Of a stretch of DNA of 64,000 bases, positions 25,243 through 35,976 are shown piece after piece. Position 1 is the first letter of the stretch; every line of letters begins with the position of its first letter. Made by a program: the position numbers and the translations under genes. The stretch lies in contig NW_027192208.1 in assembly GCF_041956535.1 (NCBI RefSeq), forward strand, positions 568,492 to 632,491. Reading direction: 5' to 3'. The notes under the pieces were generated by a model that saw only the letters and a program-made list of their open reading frames with translations, was not told where the DNA came from and ran no database searches. Source of the DNA: Calcarisporiella thermophila CBS 279.70. Lineage: Eukaryota > Fungi > Calcarisporiellomycota.

Positions 25243-27265
25243 ATGCTTGCATCCATCAACCATGTTTTTCGGCGATATCGCCGGACTCTCGGTTACGCAG
25301 CCGGCATTGTTGGCGGCGCGTACCTGATTGCACAATACGCCAAGTCGAAGCTGGTCGAACACCAAGAACGGTTGGCGACGGAGCGGACCGCCAAAGAAAA
25401 GTAAGTCTTGCATCATTCGAGATCCGCAGTGGCCCATTCCCCTAGCCGTGGGTACGGATGGATCATGGGATTGAATTCTTCTTCCACTAGTTTGCGGAGG
25501 CGATTTGAGCAGAACCAGAGCGATTGCATGTTTACGGTCATGTCACTGCTTCCCTCGCTAGGAGAGCAGCTATTGAGCGAGCTAGATGTCGAAAGAATCA
25601 CAGCGAGGTTGCAGCAAGGTCGTGCCCCGAAACCTGCGCCAGAGCCGGAGGCCGTGAAGGAGAATGGCGCGCGAGGGATGGAGGAAGAGGTGGCATCCAA
25701 GAATGCAGAGGTTAAAGATGAAGAGACAAAACCACTGAATGGAGATCCAACCACCGATGATGCGAAAATCAGTCCCGCAGAAACCAATACTACCGAATCA
25801 ACCGATCCTCATAAAACTGCACCAGAAGTGCCCCAGGCACCTAGTGAAAAGGAGAACGGGGACTCAAAAGGCGAGGAGAGATTAGTAGAGGAACACGCTC
25901 GGAGCGAGAGTGAAAAAGTTACGGAAAGATTACAAAACGAGCCGGATGGGGAGTTGAAGGGCAAAGAGAAAGAGAAGGAGTCTGCCGATGCATCTAATGG
26001 CACGCAGACCAATGAACAAACCACAGTGGTCCCTAAGGAGGGTCTAGACAAACAAACAAAAGCACAGTTATTACAAGACTTGAAGATCTTGAGTGAGTTG
26101 CACATTTCTTTGTTTTTTTCTCCTTCTTGCTAGAGATCGATTTTCGACTTGCATATTATCCACTTGTTTCCTAACATCGTGTTCATGGTAGCCTTCACTC
26201 GCACGATATCCTCGCTATATCTCCTCACCCTCCTCACTCTTCTCACCCATGTGCAACTTAATCTGCTCGGTCGCTTCACCTACATCTCCTCGGTCTTTGC
26301 CATGCAAGAAAACGAGGCCACCGGCGAGACGTCGCTGCGAATGCAGGAGCAATCCGGCCTCGGCGCGGATGTGGAGCGGCGATACCTGGCCTTTAGTTGG
26401 TGGATCTTGCACGTGGGCTGGCAACAGTGCGTGGAGCGGGTGCGGGCCGCCGTCGAAAAAGTGTTTGGGGCCGTCCCCTTGAAGCGCAAGCTTACCTACG
26501 GAGAAATCGTGAGAATGGTGGAGGACGTGCGGGAGGAGGTGGAGGGCGAGCTAAGGAAACCGGATGGATTTGTACACCCGCTTGGAGAAAGATTAGCGAC
26601 CCATGGCGGCAGTAGCCAGAGCCATCCTCTCGTCAAGTAAGTCCTCCCGCTAAACTTGGCTTTCCCGCCCAGGACCCACCACTACACTCGTCTAACCATC
26701 CCCGCCTTTTTTTTTCCCTCGTAGTATGCAAAACATTCTCCTCCCCGTGACCACGGACGAGGAGCTACGCACCCTTCGAGAGGGCCTGGGCGAGATCTTC
26801 CCCGCCATCCATGCTGAGTTGCGTCGCCTCCTGGACGAGACCCACGACTTTGTCGAGAGCCGGGACTTTGCGACCGTGCTTCGGCTGTGTCTCGATCAAG
26901 TGTTTGCCCACTTTTTCCACACCGCCTTTGCAAAAACCTACTTCCCGTTGGAGCTGCCGACCGCTCCCCAAGAGGAGAAGGGACCCCGGATCCAGGAGGT
27001 GGGAGAGGACGAGGAGGCCTCGGTTCCGCTGCTCAAACTCCTCCCGGTCGTGGCGAAACAGGCACATCTTGTGATCCACGGGGTGCCAAATGAGTATGTG
27101 GAGGTAAGCAGGATTTGAACAGAAGCCATCTCAACGCTGAAGTCTCACGGGATTTCTCTTTTCATTCTTATCAATGCCAACCCATCGCGCTGCACCACGT
27201 AGACATTAAGTAATGTCAAGGCGTTGCAAGGGTTTTCCGCCATCGTCTATGCTTCCTTTGATTGA
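25243..27265 (+). CDS. PEX3: Peroxisomal membrane biogenesis factor Pex3; multi-exon
   Basis: N-terminal basic stretch + TM (RRYRRTLGYAAGIVGGAYLI); KEN|LRRRFEQNQSDC; FTRTISSLY..LLTLLTHVQLNLLGRFTY; YLAFSWWILHVGW; ends FSAIVYASFD*. Confidence 0.95.
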
Positions 27266-27624
27266 TGAAAGAAAATATATGCCTTTTTTTTGGTTTTACT
27301 CTAATACTCCTTAGCAATAATGCCTCTTTGCTTTGTTACTACTGACTTTTAACTTTTTCTTCCTCTTTCCTTTGAACGAATATAGACCTCTGCCGTCGTG
27401 TTTATTGCTAACTGTAAACGAACGAAAAGAAAGCGACACGATGAAAAAAAAAAGAGTGTTATCGAATACAGAACTGAAAGAATTACATCTATACAGGCTT
27501 GGCCAGCTCTAAAATATATAGTATATGCATATCCGGGAGAATTATCATAGAGAGAGGAAGAGAAAACGCATTAAAATTACAAGTGTATGGCACAATAGGA
27601 GTACATTCGCCGAGCTTCACATCG

Positions 27625-28144
27625 TCATGCCTCCTCTTCCTCCTCCGATTCCTCCCAGTCGTTTTCCTTTACAATTCTTTCGCGTTCCAGAACAAACTTT
27701 CCGATTTTGTATCGCTGCGAATCCTCATAAGCATAGATATATTTCCATCCCACCGTAGTCTGGCACACATCGCAAAACACATCGGCGACCGTGTGCAATC
27801 CAGTGATGAGAAGACGATCCTCCACCTGGCCCGTGGACACGTTGACTACCTTTGAGAAGAGGTAGGCACGGCCAAGCCGTCCGTGAAATGCCTGGAGGGG
27901 GAGGGGGGTGCGGTCAGCAGAGAGCGAAGGGAGGGGGAGGGGGAGGGGGCGGATGAATGAGGGGAACTTACTTTAGAGATGAGCGAGTCATGATCGGAGA
28001 GATGGGTATGGCATGTGCTGCAAGTATATACGCGGTCGTTGAGGTAGGTTGGAAAGACTAAGTAAAAGCATCCAGAAAAAAAAAGACATCATAATTAGGC
28101 CCATTGGCAGCAATTCACAGGTCATGGCACGCACCTTTGCCCAT
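27625..28144 (-). CDS. MOH1: Yippee/Mis18-family zinc-binding protein (Moh1/YPEL); 3 exons
   Basis: MGK|VFPTYLNDRVYTCSTCHTHL...ISK|AFHGRLGRAYLF...LITGLHTVADVFCDVCQTTVGWKYIYAYEDSQRYKIGKFVLE. Confidence 0.92.
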
Positions 28145-28967
28145 CTAGGTATATGCTTGAATCTAATTCTAGAGTTGTATATCGATTATGAATCAATGCC
28201 AAAGTGCGGAATGAGGGGAGAAGGAGTGCGGAGGGGGATGCAGAAGAGGATGGAAGAGGAATCAGGATCCAAAATTTAATTTGACATGACAAGTCACGTC
28301 GAGTGACAGGCCGTCTGCAAGGCTGAAATGAGCAGGGAGATCGGACGAGGGGGTTGCTGGCTCTGATTAGCTGGCGGGCCGAGTGGGGTTGGGACTCTGA
28401 GCCGGCCTCCCCCGGCCACGGCTTTCTCCTCAGCAAATCGCTCGCCGCCCTGCCAATGCATACCGCTTTGGCAGGGCAAAGGCGGCTGGGTGGACGTGTT
28501 GCCACCGCGACCGCTTGCTCACAAAGCGTGGCCAAGAGAATTGGAGCAGAGCAGCCCAGCGCGATCTGAAAACAACAAACCGCAAAGCAGCGGGAGGGGG
28601 TTGGGCCGGCCGGGCCTCCGCCCTGGGCAAACCGGCTTGGCTCTCGCAGGCAGAGCGGCCAAAACACTCCGCCGCGCGGGTCGAGGAAGGAGGGCAGGCT
28701 GGCATCCGATCCGGCGGATCAAAACGAGCAAGCCGAATCAGACACTATTTTAGTGCTAAGCTCAGCCTAAGGACCCCCCCGCGGAGTGCGCCCAAAAATA
28801 CACACCACGTTTTTTCTTGATTCCTTGTTCCGCGATGGATTCGAAAACGGGGAGATCGCTTTATTGCGCGGCGCTCTCCTCCTCGGTTGCCGGCCCTGGG
28901 CAGGGGAGGGCCCTGCTCGATCCGTGCCCGCCGCGCCCTGGCGCGAGCTGGGCGGATCCGCCGGAAC

Positions 28968-29332
28968 TATAAAAAAAGCCGCATGGTGCTGACTGTTGAC
29001 GACACAAAATTCAAACGGCTCGAATACGCGTCAATCCCAACCATTACTTATTTTGAAAGGAAAAAAAAATTTTTGTTTGTTTGTCAATACGCGGAGTCGA
29101 ACGGTTTTTTTTTTATTGTGTCAATATCCGCTGTAAGGCAGTCAGCCGTTTTCGCTCTTCCTCTCTCTTCTTTTCTATATTTATCGCCTTGGCCTGGAAA
29201 CCCGAACGAGGCAGCATTATTAATAGCCCATTGCCCATCTCGCCCCCCCCCATTCAAGTAAGCCGTTGACATTGCTCTCGGAGCCTGTCACCTGTTTCTA
29301 ACAACCGCCGAATTTCCGCACCATCCAGCCAG
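28968..29332 (+). promoter_or_regulatory. Putative TATA box and 5'-UTR intron of the 29335 micropeptide gene
   Basis: TATAAAAA at 28968; GTAAGC donor at 29258, CTAAC branch point at 29298, CAG acceptor at 29326/29330 just before GCC-ATG. Confidence 0.6.
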
Positions 29333-29334
29333 CC

Positions 29335-29613
29335 ATGTCAGTCTTCGCCGCTTCCCCTGTGCTCTGCGTTCCTAGCTCGCCATCCGTCTACTCCGCGCAC
29401 ACCGGCTGCCAGAGATCCAGCATCCCCGATTCCGATGCTCGCTCACAGCTCACCCTGTCATCCAAGCGCCTCGGCTTCTCATATCACGACCCTTACCCGG
29501 TGCCTCCCGCGCGGCCCAACACCCCCGCCAAGAGGCTTGCCTGCAACCCTTATCCCACCGCCCCCACTCGGCCCAATACCCCCGTTAGCTATGTGTGCGC
29601 GGTGGCTGCTTAA
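29335..29613 (+). CDS. 92-aa Pro-rich repeat micropeptide (2 x PYPx[AP]PxRPNTP units, each preceded by KRL), C-terminus CAVAA
   Basis: GCC-ATG context, C-ending codon bias, canonical 5'-UTR intron; motif and C-terminus shared with 19886-20104. Confidence 0.82.
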   Translation: MSVFAASPVLCVPSSPSVYSAHTGCQRSSIPDSDARSQLTLSSKRLGFSYHDPYPVPPARPNTPAKRLACNPYPTAPTRPNTPVSYVCAVAA

Positions 29614-31409
29614 CGTCCTCGCCGCCTCTTCACGCTTATTCTAGTATACCCTTTATCTTTCCCACTTCAAAAATCAAGCAACAGCAGCAAAAAAAAAGCC
29701 ACCTTCTGCCCTCCTTCCCCTTCTATTTTACTATATAGAATTAATTTTATTTGACTCCTAGAGTATAGAGCGTCCTCATTTCTGAATCATGTTATATCCC
29801 CTAGCATTTTCGTTATTTTAACCTGGAAACACAAAAGTGTTATGTCTTGTTTTCTCCACGTTTCCTGCTTAATTAAAAGTGTTGATTCATTGTTCCTCTC
29901 TTTCAACGTCGGCTCCAAATTCGTCCACGGAAAGGGGGGTTGGATAAGGGTCTCTGTGCCTAGGCTTAATCACAAGGCCACGTCTCTCTCCTTGCAACAT
30001 CCCGCGCCAAATGCAGTTGTGTGAACGCTTCGCTGAGCTTCTTTTTCTTCCCTCTTAAAGGTAAGATTTCCATTAGGACGGTATGTACCGGAGAAATAGA
30101 CTTTATGTGGGGGTGCCGCATAATCTCGAGTAGGCATATTGTTCGGGAGAGGAGAGTGGAAGGAGAACAGGGGTCAGGTACATGTGAAGGTGAAAACGAT
30201 GGTTTGTTGGATAAGCCTGCAGGTTTGGATGGTTTCCAAGGAGGCTCCATTCTAACCCGCGGGACAAGGTGAGTTGGGATGGAAAAGCGTCGGGTAGTTC
30301 CGAGAGGTTTATTACCCGGCCGGCGGCACTCGAGCCGCAGGCCCGTACAAATAACCTGCCTCCAGCGTCGCTCGATTCGGAGCCAACACGGTCTAGCGGA
30401 AGGGAGCTCTCGTCTCTCTTTTACCCGGTCCAGCCGCCGCAGCATCTTTTTAGTTGACACTTCGCTCGGACAATTTGGCCCCTTTGTGAAGGCGGGGGGG
30501 CCTTCACATGTAAATGCGTTGGCCAGTGGAGGAGGAAAAAAGAAGCTTCATATTTGGGTTCGGCAACCTTAACGGCTGCTGCCTGCCCTAGCTGGCTTCG
30601 TCACAAAAAATTGGGAAAAAACCGGGGCGCTGTGTTGATAAATGAGGGGAAGCTGGTATGACTATTCAAGGATATAAATTTTCGCGCCATTATCCACCCC
30701 TATGGAGCCATCATGAGAGGACTTTGGCTAAAGCTGCGCCACGTTCACGAGCTCTGCGAAGGAAATTGTGTGAGGGGATCCAATTAAAGAGGATTGACAA
30801 TCTTTATGAGAAAATGGCGTCTCCAGACGAGCCACCGAGCCTGGGGAGGAAGACGGATTCCAGATAGTGTGCCCTGAGCCCTTCAGCGAGCGCGCGAGGG
30901 ATGGCTCTGGCCGGCAGGGTCTAACTGAGGAGCATCGAGGCACCGGGGTGAGGGGTGCGAGAAGCTGCCAGAAAGCAGGACCCTTAGCCCGGCGATGAGG
31001 GGATCGTGGGCAGGACGGCCTGGCTGCGCGAGGGGAGGGGAAAGCGGGGGCACATGCTCACAGGAGGCTCGGTAGAACCAGAAGCGAGCATTTCGCGCCA
31101 GTGCGCTTACTCAGATTCCCCCCTCAGCTCGACAGGGTCAGTGGATCGTGTTTTTCTGGCGATGCAATCTTGCAGAAGCACGCAATCCAGGGATGGAGCG
31201 AATGACAGCTGAGCTCGGTGAGAGAATTTGGATGTGTTAGGGAGAAATTGCGGTGAACTTTTTTGATATATATTTTAACACCCGAAGCATTTCCTAAGGT
31301 CCTGTCAAAACAGCCGCTTTTTGGTGCGTTTGTTGTTTTCCTTCTCCCCTGTGATTGATCGATCTTCCCTTGCTCACTCCTCCGCGTCCGTCATCTTGAC
31401 TATGCGTTT

Positions 31410-33379
31410 ATGATGGACCTGCATTCTAATCACTCCAGCGATCAATCTGAACATCCACAACCGCATCCCCAGCAAAAACCCGCTCCCACCAAGGGAAAAT
31501 GCTACCGACATCTAGCCAATGCCTCCCCCTCCCATGACGAGCTCAGCAACCAACTCACCCCCCTCCCCTCCGAGGCGCGCTCCACCATCTCCCACATTTG
31601 GTCCCTTTTTTCGGCCGCGCCCTCCTCCCATCGAAGACTGATCCTCCAGGGGATCCTCGCCCAGTGCTGTGTCCCGCATCTCTCTTTTCTTGCAACCTCG
31701 GTGCCGCCTCTGCTTCGCATTGATTTCATCACCATGCTCCCCCCGGAGCTGAGCCTGAGAATACTGAGCTTCTTGGATGCGGGCTCACTGTGCGAGGCAG
31801 CCAAAGTGTCGCGAGCATGGAAGCATCTCGCCGATGATGATGGGATCTGGCACCGCATGTGCGAGCAACACATCGACAAGAAGTGCCACAAATGCGGGTG
31901 GGGTCTTCCCCTCCTTAAGCGGGGGGTCAGGAAGACCTCGACCCCTCCACCCGACCACTACGTTCCTCCCCTGGAAGATCACCAAGGTGCCGTGCGGGAA
32001 GATGCAAGAGTGTCGACAAAGAGGGCAAGGGAGAGCGACGATGAAACTGCACCCACATGGTCGAAGGCAAAGCGGAGCCGCTGCGACAGTGACCCGCGGA
32101 AGTCTCCGGCTCAGCCGCCTCCCCAAGACTTCGCCCGCCCTGAACTGGCTCCTCGCCGCGTCAAGCCTTGGAAGCAGGTGTATGCCGAGCGGCTTCAGAT
32201 CGAACGCAACTGGCGCAAGAGCCACGCCCACCACACCACCATCCAGGCCCACAGCGACGGCATCCTGGCCTTCCAGTTTGATGACGCTCAGAATTTGTTA
32301 GTGACGGCGTCCTACGATTACCTGGTTCGGGTGTGGGATCTGTCGAGTGGGGAGCTAGTACGGACGCTCGAGGGCCACACACGGTGCGTGCGGGCCTTGC
32401 AGTTCGATAACCTGAAGCTTGGTAGGGGCTCCATCACCGGGGGCCTTCCCCGTGTTCTCTTCTTCGGCATTCCTTGACTAACCGATTTTCTTTCTTTTTT
32501 TTCCCCGCTTCGAACGCATTAGTGACGGGTTCCATGGACCGGACCCTGCGCATCTGGAATCATCACACCGGGGCTCATATGCGTACCCTGCACGCTTCCT
32601 CCGGCGTCACGGCTCTCCGCTTCAACCACAACCTGCTGGCCGCCGGGCTTGCCGATTTTTCCATCCAGATCTGGAACTTCGACACCGCGGAAACCTTCTC
32701 CCTGGTCGGGCACGGCGACATCGTGAACGGGCTGTCGTTCTGGGGGAGAGACACGCTGGTGAGCGGAGGCGACGATGGATGCGTCCGGATCTGGGGGCTC
32801 GGGGTGGACGATCGGAGAGAGAAAAAGTGCTTGGAGGGCCATGTGGGCCCGGTGACCACGGTGCATGCCTCGGCCATCGTGGGGGGGATCGGCGAGCCGG
32901 AGGAGGCGTGTGAGAGGGAGGAGGATGAGGAGGGGGGGGATGGAGACGCCGAGGAGGAGGAGAGAATGCGGTACGAAATGGCAAAGGCGCGGGTGGTCGA
33001 GAAGAACATGGAAAAACGAAAGCAGGAGCATGTTGCCAACCAGGAGGCCGGCAGGGCGGCGGGGAATGGCGAGAAGGAGCGGGTCATGCTCGTGACCGGA
33101 TCGCTGGACAACACCATCAAAGTTTGGGATTTCGATACGGGCAAGTGCGTGCGCACGCTCTTCGGCCACGTGGATGGGATCTGGGGTCTACAGTTCGATC
33201 GCCTGCGCATGGTGAGCGCCGCCCAGGACGGCTCCATCAAGCTTTGGGACATGGACTCGGGTCGGTGTTTGCGCACCGTGGTCTGCTCCGGGCCTCAGAC
33301 TTGCGTGGCCCTCTCGGACACAAAACTGTTGAGCGCGGGAGAGGATGGCGTCGTCCGCATTTGGGATTATAGCGTATAA
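31410..33379 (+). CDS. MET30: F-box/WD40 SCF substrate receptor, Met30/SconB/Scon-2 (sulfur control); intron ~32422-32522
   Basis: LRIDFITMLPPELSLRILSFLD F-box; family-typical WHRMCEQHIDKKCHKCGWGLPLL; PWKQVYAER..IERNW; multiple WD40 repeats (TGSLDNTIKVWD, TLFGHVDGIW). Confidence 0.93.
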
Positions 33380-33389
33380 AAAGATGCTA

Positions 33390-33950
33390 ATTTATGGTTT
33401 TGTTTTCGTTTTCCTGTGATTATCTATTTTTTTCCTCCTCCTCCCTCCTCTTCCTTCTCCTTATCCTTTCGCACTCTTATACTCTTTTTTATACACTGCA
33501 ATCTAATCCATGTCTTTGTTGTATTTCTGGGTATGCTTTTTGTATTGTCTTTTTTTTTCCTCTCGCTTTTTTTTTTCTTATTTACTTTTTTTCCTCCTTT
33601 ATTCTATTTTAGCTGCCTTCATACTTCCTTGTGTGCTTATATTTTGTAAATCTGACTTTTTTTTTTTTTCAAAAAATGAACAATAATAGATAACTTCAAA
33701 AGAGGCATATCCTTTGTTCCACCTCCAAGAAGTACCATGAAGAGAGAAAGAAAGAAGAAAAAAGAATTTTGTTTAGATAAAAGAAATAAAGGGTAAGAAG
33801 AGAATAAGAAAAGGCAGGAGTAAACGAGGAGATAAAAGTAGAAATAGAAATAAAAGATAAAAAAAAAAAGAGATGCACTATTAAAAAGAAAAAAATAGAA
33901 AAAAAAAATCGAATGATGCCTTTTTTTTATTTCCCAATACAAAAAAACAG
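33390..33950. repeat. Low-complexity T-rich then A-rich intergenic tract between convergent MET30 and CCT5
   Basis: T/C-rich in 33390-33670 and A/G-rich in 33670-33950; produces spurious Phe-rich ORFs. Confidence 0.8.
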
Positions 33951-34029
33951 GTCTAGAATTCCAAGCTTGCCTTCATCTCCCCTCTCTCCCTCCCCCGTGT
34001 CATCGGTGAACCCTGGACCGCTTGCTTGT

Positions 34030-35976
34030 TTATTCATCCCCACTGCCCGACATGATCACATCGTCGATCTTCAGGATCATCTTCACCAGCTGGGTGGCGA
34101 GCAAGAACTGCTGCCGCTTCGAAATCAGGGGGTCGATGACGTGGAGCTCTCGCATGTCGTTGGTGCCCTTGTTCATGCAGTCAATACCCAGCCGAGAGTT
34201 GCTGGTGGTCACATGGCGACTCTTGACGTCGGCGAGCGTGTCGATCGGGGACAGTCCCGAGTTCTCGGCAAGCGCCAAGGGGACCGCGTCAAGGGCCGAG
34301 GCAAACGCGCGCATCGCGTACTGCTCGATGGAGGAGATCTTGTCTGCCTCGTCCGAGACCCGGAGGGCACAGGAAATCTCTGCCGCACCACCACCGTAGA
34401 CAATGCGGTTATCGCGCACCAAGTTACGAACTACGCACATGGCATCGTGGAGGGAACGCTTCGCCTCGTCGATGATCTAAAGAGCAAGCGGGAATTGCGT
34501 TAGTAAAGAATCATGTTAAAAAACAACTTGTAAGTGAAAGGAGGGGGGAGGGGGGGGGAGAGGGTGGATCCCTTACCATCTTGTTTCCGCCCCGCACGAA
34601 CACGGTCACCGCCCGTGAATTGGCGCACTCCTCTATGACCAGCATTCGGTCCTTGGTGGTGCCGAACGAGAGCTCCCTCACCAGTCCTGCCCGCCCCAGC
34701 TTGTCCTCCCTCAGGTCCTCGAACCGTGGGACGATGCGACCGTTGGTGGCAATGGCAATCAGCTCGATCTCGGGCCCACCGACCCAGCGCACTGCCGGAA
34801 GCTGGTTCTGCATCAGCAGGTGGTTGGCCTCGTCGTCAAAGCCCCACTGGCAGATGACCAGGTTGGCCCCGGAGTTTTTGACGTGCTGGATCATCTCGTT
34901 GAATTTTTCCCGCTCGTACTCCTGCAACCGGCGGTACTCCTCCACCGAGGTGATGTCGAGCTTGTGTTTTGTCTTGGGCTTGGGCGGTTCGAACGGGCAG
35001 GTGAGGATGGCAAGGCGCACATCGCGCAACTCGCGGGGCATCTGGGGATGCGACATTTCCTTGTCGACGAGCACTCCGTTCACGAGGATGGTGTCCGCCA
35101 GAGAGCCACCCACCTTGCCGTCGACCTTAATGAGCTCAAAGTCCACGTCCTTCCGCTCCAGGTCGGCCACCGAGAGCACCGCGTCCACGGCGATCTTCGC
35201 GAACTGCTCGTGATGCTTCGATACACTAAGAAAAAGGAAAACAGCCCGATTAGAAACACTCAATCCGAATGGGGGGCCTTTGCCCAGGATCCCCAAATAT
35301 TACATCTTGCTCCCAAGGCTTGTCATGGCCGTCTTCATAAGAGAAGAGGTATCTTCACGCGAAAATTCTACAAAGTCCGAGACTGTGTCCAAGTGCTCTA
35401 CCGCGATCTTGCATGCACGCTCGAAACCATCGGCAATTCGCGAGGGATGAATGCCGCGGTCGAGGAGCTGTTCGGTCTGCTCCAACAATGCACCCGCCAA
35501 CACTAATTAAATCCAGGAGGAAAAAAAATGAATCACTCGTCCCAATATAGGAATGGAGTCCATAGGATCTATCTGTATGTACCAACAACGCCCGTTGTTC
35601 CATCACCAATCTCGTCATCCTGGCTTTTTGACAACTGTACCAAGAGTTTAGCAATCTGGTGCTCCACTTCCATCTGGCTCAAGATCGTCGCGCCATCATT
35701 CGTTACTGTGATGTCGCCGTCGGGTGAGATCATAATCTTGTCCAAGCCGCGCGGGCCGAGCGATGTTCTTATGATGTTGGCGACGGCCTTTGCCGCAAGA
35801 ATATGAGACTGTGAACGAGATATAAATTAATGATAATGCAGATTAGTCCGTGGAAGAAAACGGGCATGTACTTTAATGGCATCGATTCCCTGCAGCCGCG
35901 ACTTCTTTTGCTGCTCGCGGACAATAATGTAAGGCTTGCCATACTCGTCGTAGGCGAGTGTTGCTGGTGTGTTCAT
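34030..35976 (-). CDS. CCT5: T-complex protein 1 subunit epsilon (CCT5); multi-exon
   Basis: [13 protein letters not shown]; [12 protein letters not shown]; [13 protein letters not shown]; [16 protein letters not shown]; [13 protein letters not shown]; [20 protein letters not shown]. Confidence 0.97.

Noticed and set aside
33394-33942. Phe/Leu-rich ORFs that look like membrane proteins
   Set aside because: Artefacts of T-rich low-complexity 3' regions of the convergent MET30 and CCT5 genes.
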